From a virus, in the IMG/VR virus record IMGVR_UViG_3300027896_000014, positions 1 to 64,000 of that record: a stretch of DNA of 64,000 nucleotides; one strand, given 5' to 3'. Of the stretch, positions 9,482-19,698 are shown one piece after another. The notes below the pieces were generated by a model. It saw nothing but the letters and a program-made list of their open reading frames with translations, did not search any database and was not told the origin of the DNA. Both the position numbers and the translations under genes were made by a program. How positions within the stretch are numbered: position 1 is the first letter of the stretch; every line of letters begins with the position of its first letter.

Positions 9482-9639
9482 AGAAATTTCTCTTTTCTAA
9501 AAACAAGGGCGGGGTAAGACACCGCCTGCGGACGGGTCGGGGAGTTGCACCTTAGCGGGTTGTTCTCCCTGGCCCGTGCTTTTAGAAATGTTACCAAAAT
9601 CAATTTGATCTGTCTACATTTTTTTGAGGAGGGCTCAGA

Positions 9640-9837
9640 ATGGATAAGCGTGGTGATCCCCTTCACATCAGATTCCCTCACCGAGAAGAACATCTCCTTC
9701 GAGAATATGCCAAAAAACGTGGTCTCAGGTTGAATGATGCAGCCGTGCATCTTATCGCAAAAGGTCTTTCGATCGAAAAGTGGCAGGAAGATTTTCATAT
9801 TGAAGATTTTACAGAAAATTTTTTTAATAGTGAATGA
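9640..9837 (+). CDS. Ribbon-helix-helix (Arc-like) DNA-binding protein
   Basis: LHIRFP..E..LLREYAKKRG..LND...LI.KGL pattern; GGAGG RBS. Confidence 0.65.
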   Translation: MDKRGDPLHIRFPHREEHLLREYAKKRGLRLNDAAVHLIAKGLSIEKWQEDFHIEDFTENFFNSE

Positions 9838-9889
9838 GAGAATTGTTCTATTTGAGAACAAAACTCTACAACAAGTAAAAACGCACTAA

Positions 9890-10753
9890 ATGAACGTATT
9901 AGAAAAATTAAGCCAAGCTGAAAAGTGGCTTTCCGAAGCAAAGGACTTAGATGATCTAAGAAAAATCCATGACGTTGCTTTAGCAGCCGAAGCCTATGCA
10001 AAAGCTCACCGCCTCGGAATTGATGCTGAGAACCATGCCTGTGAAGTCAAATTCCTTGCAGCCCGTAGGATTGGGGAATTGAAGCCTGCGGAGGATTTAT
10101 CTCAAGCCGGAGCAAAGGGGGGAAGAGGCAAAAAGCCTTCCGAATCTCGGAACCCTTTTCCAATTCCTCCTCAGCGCCTTTCCGAGTTCCGAAAGTTAGC
10201 AGAGATCCCCATCAAAAAATTTAAGGAACGTATCGAAGTAGCTAAGGCCAAAGAAGAGAAAATTACCTATAACAAAATCCTTCGTGGTGATTGGTATCAA
10301 ATGAGTGAAACTCCCGAATGGGAAACTCCTCAATGGCTATTCGACGTTCTCAATAAAGAATTTCATTTCGATTTGGATGTCTGTGCATCAGAACAAAACC
10401 ATAAATGCAAAAGGTATTTTTCAAAGCAAGACGATGGACTAAAACAGAAATGGGAAGGAATCTGCTGGATGAACCCGCCCTATGGGAGAGAATTACCAAA
10501 ATGGATTTCGAAGGCCAAAACCGAATCCCAATCTGGGACACTAATCGTTTGTTTAGTCCCTGCCAGAACCGATACCGAATGGTGGTGGAATAATTGTATT
10601 CAGGGCGAAATTAGATTCATCAGGGGCCGGTTGCAATTTTCGGGTCGAGGCGGGGCTCCTATGCCAAGCGTGGTTGTGATACTTAAACAAAAAAATATAC
10701 CAAAAGTTATTTGGTGGGATGAATTTAACAAGCCGACAAGGCAAGAAAAATAA
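9890..10753 (+). CDS. Phage Dam-family N6-adenine methyltransferase with N-terminal helical domain
   Basis: WETPQ, FDLDVCA, WMNPPYG, LVPARTDT, IRGRL. Confidence 0.9.
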   Translation: MNVLEKLSQAEKWLSEAKDLDDLRKIHDVALAAEAYAKAHRLGIDAENHACEVKFLAARRIGELKPAEDLSQAGAKGGRGKKPSESRNPFPIPPQRLSEFRKLAEIPIKKFKERIEVAKAKEEKITYNKILRGDWYQMSETPEWETPQWLFDVLNKEFHFDLDVCASEQNHKCKRYFSKQDDGLKQKWEGICWMNPPYGRELPKWISKAKTESQSGTLIVCLVPARTDTEWWWNNCIQGEIRFIRGRLQFSGRGGAPMPSVVVILKQKNIPKVIWWDEFNKPTRQEK

Positions 10754-11236
10754 TAATCCTTTGGATAGAATTATTATCCAGATTTGCCCAAAATGCGGGA
10801 GAGAAGAAGCTTTACTTCTTAGGGATTGGTTGAACTGGGGCAGAATGAAGGGACAGATTGAAGATTTACATTATCCATTAGAAAAAGGGTTTAGAGGAAG
10901 ATATAAACTGAGTGATTTTTTGATTGATGGACTTAAAAAAATTAATGGCAATTATGCTTATACAGTTGAGGAAGTTTGTAGGATTCATAAAATCCCAGAA
11001 AGAGAATAAAACAATGACTCGAATCAACCTTCCAACCTGCCAAAAGATAGCGATTGAGTGTCTGGCTGTGAGTTCTAAGCCAACTCAATTCTATTGGATT
11101 GGCAGAGATAGAAAACTTAAATGTGAATGGATGGACCCCGAGAATGGAATTTTCAGGATACTTGGGGTCTCTGGATTCATCGATATGAGACATTTAACAT
11201 TTTTAAAAAATGAATTTACTCAGTGCGAAATTATAA

Positions 11237-12421
11237 ATGAATAGAACAACTTTAGACTATCTAAAGCATCCTTTCTCTGGTATCCTTCTCCATTTGGAGG
11301 AGGACGATACCATGAGAGGAGCATACAATGAATACAGAGAAGGAAAGTGGAGGATCAGGATTTATTGGAAAGGACAAAGGCTACAGATTTACCGGAACAA
11401 AAGGGGAGAGGTCTTAGAGGGACCTGGGCAGGCACAGAAGGCATGGATTCAGTTAAACCAGGAGATTGAGGATAAAATCTTTGACTTATCGGAATGGACC
11501 AAAGAAAAGCCTTTCCTTCTAAAAAATGCCTTCGAAGTATTCCAAAAGGCCAAACAGTGTGAACAAGAATGGAGATATGCGCGGGGCAGGGCGTACCGCA
11601 ATTACATAGGACCCCAGCTTGGGGACATGGATATACGGGAGATCACTACAACTCACGTCAATCAATTTCATGGCTATCTTTTAGGCCTAAAATTGAACCA
11701 AAAGACTATCAAAAACATCTTTGGCATCCTCCATAGCATCCTCGCTTTTAACCGCATGGGCGATAAAATTAAGTGGCCTACGATTGAAATTCAGGCTGAA
11801 CCCATCAAGTGGATCACCGCGGAGCAACAAGAAGGGGTGATCAACTATCTTGATCCAAAGGACCAACCTATTTTCAGATTTCTTCAAATCACCGGATGCA
11901 GGCCGTCAGAGGCCTGTGCATTACAAAGGGAGGATGTCGATTGGGAAAAAGGAGTGGTGATCATAAGAAGAAGCATGGGGCTAAGAAGAAGGGTCATCCC
12001 CTACACAAAAAACAGAAGGATCAAGATTATCCCGGTGTCTGTGTTTTCTGCCATGTCTCACATTCTCCATCCCCGGGAAGTAACATCCTTTATATTTACC
12101 CGAGACGGGCGGCGTTACCACAAACAAAGGCTACAGAGGGCTTGGAGAAGGGCTAATCTAACTGCGAACCGTGAGCTCGGGATTCCAATTATTCATGTCA
12201 AAAATGCCTTCCGTCATTCTATGGCCTCTCAACTTATTAACGCTGGAGTTCCGATCGAAGCCATAAGCAAAATGTTGGGTCATTCGAGCATCAAAATGAC
12301 AGAGAAAGTCTATGCCAATATTCTGCCCGAGACGGCTTGGGGATACAGGAAGGTTGTAACCATTGGTGTCGTAGACGGGTTGCAGAAAAAAGACCCGGCC
12401 GCGGAGGCCTTAAATGAGTAG
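11237..12421 (+). CDS. int: Tyrosine integrase (probable start 11312)
   Basis: TGCRPSE, K, FRHS, LGHSSIKMTEKVY catalytic boxes. Confidence 0.92.
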   Translation: MNRTTLDYLKHPFSGILLHLEEDDTMRGAYNEYREGKWRIRIYWKGQRLQIYRNKRGEVLEGPGQAQKAWIQLNQEIEDKIFDLSEWTKEKPFLLKNAFEVFQKAKQCEQEWRYARGRAYRNYIGPQLGDMDIREITTTHVNQFHGYLLGLKLNQKTIKNIFGILHSILAFNRMGDKIKWPTIEIQAEPIKWITAEQQEGVINYLDPKDQPIFRFLQITGCRPSEACALQREDVDWEKGVVIIRRSMGLRRRVIPYTKNRRIKIIPVSVFSAMSHILHPREVTSFIFTRDGRRYHKQRLQRAWRRANLTANRELGIPIIHVKNAFRHSMASQLINAGVPIEAISKMLGHSSIKMTEKVYANILPETAWGYRKVVTIGVVDGLQKKDPAAEALNE

Positions 12422-12590
12422 GGTTGCTGGGCGTGAAGCTATGTTCGACTCCTCGTCCCCCAGTTCACTTTCCTTTGTAATTTCCTGTATTAATCCTCAC
12501 TTTTTAACCACCAAACCAAATTCCTTAATCATCTTAAACAACTACAAACCTGACATCAATGTTTATGCAGGGTTGCAAATGGGTTGCAAA
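12377..12590 (+). other. attP-like site: tRNA-Gln-like 3' core 12443-12463 flanked by GGGTTGC(A/T) arm-type repeats
   Basis: GTTCGACTCCTCGTCCCCCAG (T-loop, 3' T-stem, 3' acceptor strand); repeats at 12377, 12421, 12570, 12581. Confidence 0.75.
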
Positions 12591-12795
12591 CTGGAGGTAA
12601 AACCGTGGAGCCGTTCGCACGTTTAGGAAAGAGACCACGACTTAGGCCGAGTCCGGGAAGTGGCGATTCTCACTCCCGCAAGAAGCGTGAGGCATCTCCA
12701 AAAGATCGGCTAATAATGTTTTCGATTCTCAAAACACTTGCCAATTTCGGCCAATCCTTGCAGAGGCTTCCCTTCTACCGCGGGCGAGGTCAGCG

Positions 12796-12975
12796 ATGAT
12801 AAAGGCGACTCTTTATTTGCCCAATGGGAAATATGTTTCGGTCTTCATCAAAAGAAGGCAATACAAATCCCTTGGCGGAGGACCCAAGGAAATGTCGCTT
12901 TGGTGGAAAATCCAATCTTTTTTTAAAAAGCCATGGAAGAAATTCCATCAACGAGGTCAACGAGGAAGAAAATAG
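12796..12975 (+). CDS. Small basic hypothetical protein (59 aa, not in ORF track)
   Basis: GAGGT RBS; MIKATLYLPNGKYVSVFIKRR... Confidence 0.45.
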   Translation: MIKATLYLPNGKYVSVFIKRRQYKSLGGGPKEMSLWWKIQSFFKKPWKKFHQRGQRGRK

Positions 12976-12985
12976 GAGGGGCAAC

Positions 12986-13600
12986 ATGAAAACTTTATTT
13001 ATTTTCATCTTTATCGTTTTACTCGTAATTCCTACCGTGTCGTTAGCAAAGGATATTGACATTTCGGTTACTGGAGCTATCGGCTATGGTCATGCCAAAT
13101 GGGGGAGTGGGGAGGCAGTTCAACCTGGGGGGACTCTCGAGAAGTCAGCCGTAATCTACAATCCGGCCATTCAAATAAAATATAACAAGTGGGCGTTTCA
13201 ACCAACTCTCGAGCTCAATTATCGCTGGACAAAATACGATTTCTCGACATGGCAAGCTCTGGTTCAAAAGATGGAACCGAGAGCATGGTCCTTTCTCTTA
13301 GGTTTAACAAAAGACTTTAATTTCCTCTACGCCTATGCCCTGGTAGGAATGACCTTCTATGATGCTAATCCGAGTTTATTAGAAAGGCATCCTCCACTCT
13401 ATCACGGAACCAATATAGGGATTGAATCAACTCTTTTTACCTATAAAGTCGGAGCGTATAAACTCTGGAAGGTAGGCCCACTCGAAGTTGGACCCGAGGT
13501 ATCCCTTCAAGGCTGGGGGATTAAACCTGGCTTTTCAAGGTGTAGGGAAGGTAAAGAAAATATTATCCAACCCAATATTGGGATAAGGGTTCAGTGGTAA
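12986..13600 (+). CDS. Outer-membrane beta-barrel protein (lysogenic-conversion type)
   Basis: Signal peptide ending VSLA, alternating amphipathic strands, C-terminal IGIRVQW; AGGAGG RBS. Confidence 0.7.
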   Translation: MKTLFIFIFIVLLVIPTVSLAKDIDISVTGAIGYGHAKWGSGEAVQPGGTLEKSAVIYNPAIQIKYNKWAFQPTLELNYRWTKYDFSTWQALVQKMEPRAWSFLLGLTKDFNFLYAYALVGMTFYDANPSLLERHPPLYHGTNIGIESTLFTYKVGAYKLWKVGPLEVGPEVSLQGWGIKPGFSRCREGKENIIQPNIGIRVQW

Positions 13601-13706
13601 GGGTGGTGGCGAAAGCACTGGTCTACTCATCATCTTCCAGTTAGGGACCCTCCCCTACCCACCCGTTTTTTGAGACTTAAATCTAACGAAAGGAAAGGAG
13701 GACACA

Positions 13707-13961
13707 ATGGCTAATGAAAAGATTTTAGATGTCGAAATGGTGGATGTTGGGTTCGAGAGTTCAAATGAGCCTTGGCTTCCCTATAACTTGGCCGATGGAA
13801 ATATCATCGAGCTTCGGATGATGCTTACCAGTGTGAAGAAACTCATCTCAAGAGACCCGACTAAAGACGACCCTAATAACCCTGTCTATCAATTCCAAAT
13901 GGGCGGGGTAATGAGAGTTAGGAAGGCTGGTAAACTCGGTCCGGAGAAGGTCATGCAATGA
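13707..13961 (+). CDS. Hypothetical protein
   Basis: Strong RBS; ATGA overlap with the next gene. Confidence 0.7.
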   Translation: MANEKILDVEMVDVGFESSNEPWLPYNLADGNIIELRMMLTSVKKLISRDPTKDDPNNPVYQFQMGGVMRVRKAGKLGPEKVMQ

Positions 13962-14863
13962 GCCAATTAGGAAGAGGGCATAAAAAAGCGACAGATGAAC
14001 AGCTAATACAGGCTTATCAAGACCTTGGTAACGTGTGGGAGGTCGGTAAATTTCTGGGGATGTGTGGTCAATCTGTCCATGAAAGACTGAAAAAACTGAA
14101 CGTTGAGTTAAAATATCCCCGTTATAAAGAGGAACACATACGTAGACTTTTGGACGATTATGAAAAGTATGCAAACGAAGGAAAACTCGATATTCTCGCC
14201 TCTGAGATGGGCAGAAAGAAAAGCGATCTATGCGCTAAAGCAAGAACTCTTGGGTTGACAAATCAGAAAAGAGAGAGACCTTATCATAGAAAATGGAGTG
14301 CCATTTCAATAGAAGAAGCGGTAAGGATTTGGGATAAATTCAAATCTTCAAGCCTGAATAAGAAGAGGTTTTGCCAAAAACATAATTATCCTCTTTCTGG
14401 GTTTGATTTGGCGATGAGAAAATATTTCTCAGATGAGTGGGATCACGTCATTGAGCTTAAAACCCCTAAAACAACCATGTATAAATTGGGAAGATACTTT
14501 GAATATCGAGTGAGAGATTTTCTAAAAGCACAAGGATTCTATGTTATTCGCTCACCTCAATCAAGGTCTCCTTTTGACCTAATAGCTATAAAACCAAATC
14601 TTATATTAGCGATTCAATGTAAGAAATTTGGTTATTTTGCACCCAAAGAATGGAATGAATTTTATGGTCTCTGTCTTTCTATCGGTGCATCTCCGATCGT
14701 AGCTTACATGGAAAACGTAAAATTGATGAAGTTTAAAAGAATTATGGGTTTAAAAACGGGTAATAGGAAGGATATTCAACCTTGGGAAGACTTTGTAATT
14801 AGTCTTGCTGAAGAGCCAAAAACGATTATTCGAGTCGAGAGGCTGGGAGGGACAGAGCGATGA
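13958..14863 (+). CDS. HTH-containing protein with C-terminal Hjc-like PD-(D/E)XK nuclease/resolvase
   Basis: GRYFEYRVRDFLKAQGFYVIRS..S.SPFDLIA...IQCK. Confidence 0.75.
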   Translation: MSQLGRGHKKATDEQLIQAYQDLGNVWEVGKFLGMCGQSVHERLKKLNVELKYPRYKEEHIRRLLDDYEKYANEGKLDILASEMGRKKSDLCAKARTLGLTNQKRERPYHRKWSAISIEEAVRIWDKFKSSSLNKKRFCQKHNYPLSGFDLAMRKYFSDEWDHVIELKTPKTTMYKLGRYFEYRVRDFLKAQGFYVIRSPQSRSPFDLIAIKPNLILAIQCKKFGYFAPKEWNEFYGLCLSIGASPIVAYMENVKLMKFKRIMGLKTGNRKDIQPWEDFVISLAEEPKTIIRVERLGGTER

Positions 14864-15118
14864 AGGATCTCGAACTTTTACAGAGTACCATCAATTATTA
14901 CCGGTCCAGAGTCATGGAGGAACTATCAAGGCATGGGTCTTTTTTCCGCTCAGATTACTTTAGAAAACCTTCCAAATTCCAAACTTTTAAGCGCAGAGTC
15001 GTAAACGCCTTTTCCAGAATCCATGACGCTTACTTAGTCTTAATCGGTCGTGCTGAAATTGAGGAGGATGACTAATGATACGAGAAGGATATCCAACGAG
15101 GTGAATAGGGGGTGACGA

Positions 15119-15901
15119 ATGGCTGAACGAAGATCACTTTGGGGGAGTATTTCGATGTCCGAAAAGGTCAATAAATTGTCTCTTCCAGCTGCTTTATTTT
15201 ACACATGGACAATTCCACATGAAGACGATTTCGGGTACATCGAAGGAGATTTGAAGCATTTGAAAGCAGTTATCGTGCCCTACCGTGAAGAAAAATGCTT
15301 CTCTACCCATGGAAATTCTAAGGAATTTGAAAAATTGGTAAACGAGATCGCAAACGTCCACCGAATTGTCGGAAGTTCTAAGCCGCTGTGGACACTCTAC
15401 ACTGTAAATGGCAAGCGCTATATAAAAGATGAGTATTTTGAAGAACGACAATCATTTAAGGCAGTTCACCGCAAACCTTCCAAGATAAAAGCTATCCTCG
15501 ATAGCACCCTTTCTGCACCCTCGTTGCACCCTTCCAGCACCCAAGAGGTGCAATCAAGTGCTAAAGAGGTGCCTAAGTTAAGTAGAAGTGAAGAGAAGAG
15601 AAGTAGAAGTACCCCTAATGTGGATAACTCTGTGGAAATCTCAACCCAGAAGTCTAAACCAAAAGGCGACGACGGGAACCCCTTTTTTCTCTCAACTGAC
15701 ACAAGAACCGAAGAGGAATTCAACCAGTCTCTCCGAGATACCTACCCATCAATTTACGAGAAGACCATGGGGGAAATTAATGAGTGGTTCGATAATAACC
15801 CCGACACTTTCAAGGACCCCAGTAAAAAAAGAAAGTTCATCCTAACCCGATTCATACAGGCCCATGCCCAGGCCAAACAACTCGGAGTCGAAAAGCCATG
15901 A
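15119..15901 (+). CDS. Probable phage replication initiator
   Basis: MAERRSLWGSISMSEKV..LS..A.LFYTW.IPHEDDFG N-terminus and low-complexity linker. Confidence 0.65.
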   Translation: MAERRSLWGSISMSEKVNKLSLPAALFYTWTIPHEDDFGYIEGDLKHLKAVIVPYREEKCFSTHGNSKEFEKLVNEIANVHRIVGSSKPLWTLYTVNGKRYIKDEYFEERQSFKAVHRKPSKIKAILDSTLSAPSLHPSSTQEVQSSAKEVPKLSRSEEKRSRSTPNVDNSVEISTQKSKPKGDDGNPFFLSTDTRTEEEFNQSLRDTYPSIYEKTMGEINEWFDNNPDTFKDPSKKRKFILTRFIQAHAQAKQLGVEKP

Positions 15902-16052
15902 CAAATAAAGAGGTCAAAGAACTGATCGCTATCCTCGAATTAATTGAGAACAAGGAAAATATGTTGCGTGAAATAGTCGTTTGGCTCAGATCTAAGGGAC
16001 TATGGGAAGAGTGCCAGAAGGATTTAATAACCAAAATTGCCAAGGAGCCTAA

Positions 16053-16562
16053 ATGACCAAGAAGAAAGAACCCGCCCTTAAACGAAAGGTGGGTAGACCA
16101 AGGAAATTTACCGACCTCGACCTCTTTCAAAAGAAGATTAATGAGTACTTCGAAGAATGTGATGAAAAAAAAGAACCCTACCTGATATATGGGTTGTCAA
16201 TCCACCTGGGACTATCCAGAGAACACCTGCTAAAGTATGAAGATGAGAGACCAGGATTTAGTGAGGCCATTAAAAGAGCAAGAGAGAGGGTACAAAGGCA
16301 AATCGAGCAGATGATGGTTGAACGTGGCACCGGAAACGTGGCTGGACTCATTTTCTGGCTCAAGAACAATGCTGGTTGGCGGGATCTTATGGAACTTGAA
16401 CACGCTGGTCCAGGGGGAATTCCTCTCGAAATGAGTAGTATCGAAGTGGCCGCTCGAATCGCTACGATCCTTGAACTGGCTCGGAAGAAGAAGGAAGAGA
16501 TAGCCATCGAGACCGAAGAAACAAAGGCGATACCAGAGAAGATTAATGTCAGCAAGAATTGA
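16053..16562 (+). CDS. terS: Terminase small subunit
   Basis: GRPRKF, I.EYF, GL.IHLG.SR..L.KYE, IFWLKN..GWRD. Confidence 0.85.
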   Translation: MTKKKEPALKRKVGRPRKFTDLDLFQKKINEYFEECDEKKEPYLIYGLSIHLGLSREHLLKYEDERPGFSEAIKRARERVQRQIEQMMVERGTGNVAGLIFWLKNNAGWRDLMELEHAGPGGIPLEMSSIEVAARIATILELARKKKEEIAIETEETKAIPEKINVSKN

Positions 16563-17705
16563 CACCACAAGATATTGGGGTAGGAAGAGAGGTAAAAATT
16601 ATCAGGTCATTTGTGAGCTTGTGAAAAGTTAATAATCTTCACAACTTGTGAGTTTTTTGTGGCAAAGGTTAACATAATACTACTTATAGGACAGAGCAAA
16701 AAAATGATTTCTGAAAGGTCATTTCACAAAGTCTGGAGGAGGGGGCCATGGAAAATTATCAGTCGTCCCAAACCGACAAACCCCAGAAGCCGAACCAACG
16801 CCGATCCTCAAGATGGAACTTCATCTTCAAGAGAATTTGCTTCCGTCGGTGGTTCAAGCCCAAGTCTGAGCGGTGGTGGTGGGCGGGCTGGAGGCTGAGG
16901 TAGGAGGTAAAGAATTCTTTTGGCCATGGCCCGAAAGGAGGTATACCCCCGGAACCAATTCCAGAATTTGATTTACTCTCAGTCTTTACGAAACTGGTAA
17001 AAGGGTTTTTTATGAAGAGTCCATGCTTGAAATGTGAAATCAAAAAAAGAGATAAATGTTTTGAATTTTGTAGGCTTCTTAAATCTTATCAGGATTTTCT
17101 TGACTCAAATAGAGTTGAGTGGCCGGAATATCCGTTGGGTGATGGTAACCCAGGCCGAAAAAAAAGAATACCGCCATTTATTTTAGACATGGATTATTGA
17201 GGAAGCGTCGGGAGAGCGAGCAGTAAAAAATAAAAAAAAACAAAAAGGAGGTAAGACATGAAAGCTGAATCAGGTTTACGGAAAATGGCTATTGAGTTTG
17301 CGGTTAGGACTTATTGTCTCGGCACTTCGACAAACGATGTAGTTGAGCGTGCGGAGGCCTTCCTGAAGTTTTTGAAGGGTGACATTGCAGGGGCAATTCG
17401 ATCAGGTGCAGGAGTGAGAACAAAAAAAATTCAGAAAAAATAAAAAAGGGTGAATTTCTTTAACGAAAGGAGGTAGGTATGTTGTGTTATGAGTGTATGA
17501 TTAAACGGAACCAGTTATATGATTTAGATGTGCCTGATTTATTGTGGCCCTGGATTCATTGTCACCACGAAGAAAAGAAACCGCAAGAAGAGAAGTGTCC
17601 GGTGTGCCACAATTTTTCAGATGCAACGGAAATACAACGTCAGGTTTTCACGGCATTCTTCCGGTTGCCTTGTAATTTCTGCTATAAGTGCGGCCGTGAA
17701 CTGAA

Positions 17706-19253
17706 ATGAGCCTTACCGAGATAACCGAGCTTACAGAGATGATTGATGTGCTTCCCCCCGAGGAGCAGGCGGAACTCCGCAAGTTAGTGACAAAGGGCTT
17801 CCCGCTGTGGCTTCCCGTCAAGGGGCCTCAGCTTCAGGCCTGGAATTCACAGGCGGATATTTTGTTATTTGGAGGTTCTGGTGGAGGAGGGAAGAGCGAT
17901 ATACTTTTAGGTCTTGCGCTTACGGTGCATAAAAAATCTCTCGTCTTCCGGCGTGAGGCGACACAGGCCGAAGGGCTCATTGATAGGGTCGCAGAGATTC
18001 TTCATACGAGGGATGGGTTCAACGCTCAGAAATTGATTTGGCACATTGGGGCACAACGGAAGTTAGAATTCGGTTCCTGCAAGGATCCGGGGGACGAAAT
18101 TAAATGGATGGGGAGGCCTCATGATTTTTTAGCCTTCGATCAACTGGAGCATTTCCTTGAAAAGCAGTTCCGGTTTCTTCTCGGGTGGAACAGGACGACG
18201 AAGAAAAATATCAGATGCCGTGTCGTTGCAACGGCTAACCCGCCGACAACCGAAGAGGGCAGATGGATTATTGGTTATTGGGGACCCTGGCTCGATAACA
18301 AACATCCTCATCCGGCCAAACCCGGAGAGTTGCGCTGGTACACCACGATCGAAGGCAAAGATACGGAGATGCCGGACGGCAAGCCCTTCAAGGACAAACT
18401 GGGTCACCCGATCACCCCGAGGTCTCGGACATTCATTCCTTCCTCGGTTTACGACAACCCCTTCTTGATGGCTACAGGTTACGATTCTATCTTGGCCTCT
18501 ATGCCCGAACCCCTGCGCTCGCAGATGCTCGAGGGGGATTTTACCGCTGGTATGGAGGATCCAAGATGGCAACTTATTCCCACAGCCCACGTTGAAGCAG
18601 CTCAGGCGAGATGGAAAGAGTACGGGATGCAGGGTGAGATGACCTCTATGGGAGTCGATGTAGCCAGAGGCGGAAGAGACAAGACAATTATCTCAACCCG
18701 TTACGGAAACTGGTATGCTCCCCTGGTTTCGCTTCCGGGTGTCCAAACTCCTGACGGCTGGTCGGTAGGCAGCGAGGTCTTTAAAGTTCGGAGAGATCAC
18801 GCTCCTATTCATGTTGATGTGATCGGAGTAGGAGGCTCCGTAGTAGACCACTTAAGAAAAAATCTTAATTGGAACGAGGTCGTCGCCATAAATGGCGCCG
18901 AGCAAGCAACCATCGGTGCAACCGACAAGATGTCGGGGAAACTAAATTTCCGAAACAAGAGAGCGGAGCTTTGGTGGAGATTCAGGGAAGCCCTTGACCC
19001 AAAGACTGGCGTGAGCCCGCCGATTGCACTGCCTCCCGATCCCGAGCTAAAGGCCGACCTCTGCGCTCCGATATGGAAGCTCACGACTTCCATAGAGATC
19101 CAGATTGAATCGAAAGAAGAAATCGAGAAGCGCATAGGCAGGTCCCCAGATAAGGGTGATGCCGTCGTTTACTGTTCGGTGCAGACTACGAAAAGTGGTG
19201 GCTTTGGTGGAAAATCGGAAATAAGGAGGAGAGGAACTTGGCGATCAATGTAA
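17706..19253 (+). CDS. terL: Terminase large subunit
   Basis: GGSGGGGKS Walker A, FDQLEHF, TANPP, GVDVARGG.D, SPDKGDA. Confidence 0.92.
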   Translation: MSLTEITELTEMIDVLPPEEQAELRKLVTKGFPLWLPVKGPQLQAWNSQADILLFGGSGGGGKSDILLGLALTVHKKSLVFRREATQAEGLIDRVAEILHTRDGFNAQKLIWHIGAQRKLEFGSCKDPGDEIKWMGRPHDFLAFDQLEHFLEKQFRFLLGWNRTTKKNIRCRVVATANPPTTEEGRWIIGYWGPWLDNKHPHPAKPGELRWYTTIEGKDTEMPDGKPFKDKLGHPITPRSRTFIPSSVYDNPFLMATGYDSILASMPEPLRSQMLEGDFTAGMEDPRWQLIPTAHVEAAQARWKEYGMQGEMTSMGVDVARGGRDKTIISTRYGNWYAPLVSLPGVQTPDGWSVGSEVFKVRRDHAPIHVDVIGVGGSVVDHLRKNLNWNEVVAINGAEQATIGATDKMSGKLNFRNKRAELWWRFREALDPKTGVSPPIALPPDPELKADLCAPIWKLTTSIEIQIESKEEIEKRIGRSPDKGDAVVYCSVQTTKSGGFGGKSEIRRRGTWRSM

Positions 19254-19698
19254 AGCGTTTCAAACTTAAAATCGGAAAAATAGTAAAAGAATTTCCACCT
19301 GGAAGAGTTGAAAAAATTACAATGAATTTTCCGCTGAAGTTTCCCCAGGAAGGCTTTGGCGAGATTACTTTCAGGGTGATTGAGAGGCCAAAACCATGAG
19401 TGAAGCCCTCTTTCTTTTGGCCAATATTTTCTTTATTCAGGCGTTGCCAACGAGACTTATCGTTCTGCTTATAATTTCGGATTGTGTCGTTCTGGGCGTG
19501 AAATTAATAATGGACTACATACCATGAATAAGGCTTATCATCTACAGCAGATCAAGGCAGAATTAAAAAAAATGGAGGAAGAAGTTCAATCCAAACGCAA
19601 AGTGTCAAGCAGTATCGTCTTGAGACTCATCGCTATCCTGTATGATCTTTGCTCTATGATAGAGGTTTGAAATGTTGGATTTGGAGTTATGAAATTTT

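Noticed and set aside
12421-12470. Complete tRNA gene
   Set aside because: Only the T-loop and 3' strands are present; there is no D arm, anticodon arm or 5' T-stem partner. No tRNA-Sec or suppressor tRNA was found elsewhere by eye.
16748-17200. UAG read-through joining a Trp/Arg-rich ORF to the 17012 Cys-rich ORF
   Set aside because: In frame, but there is no motif continuity or supporting structure; chance is sufficient.
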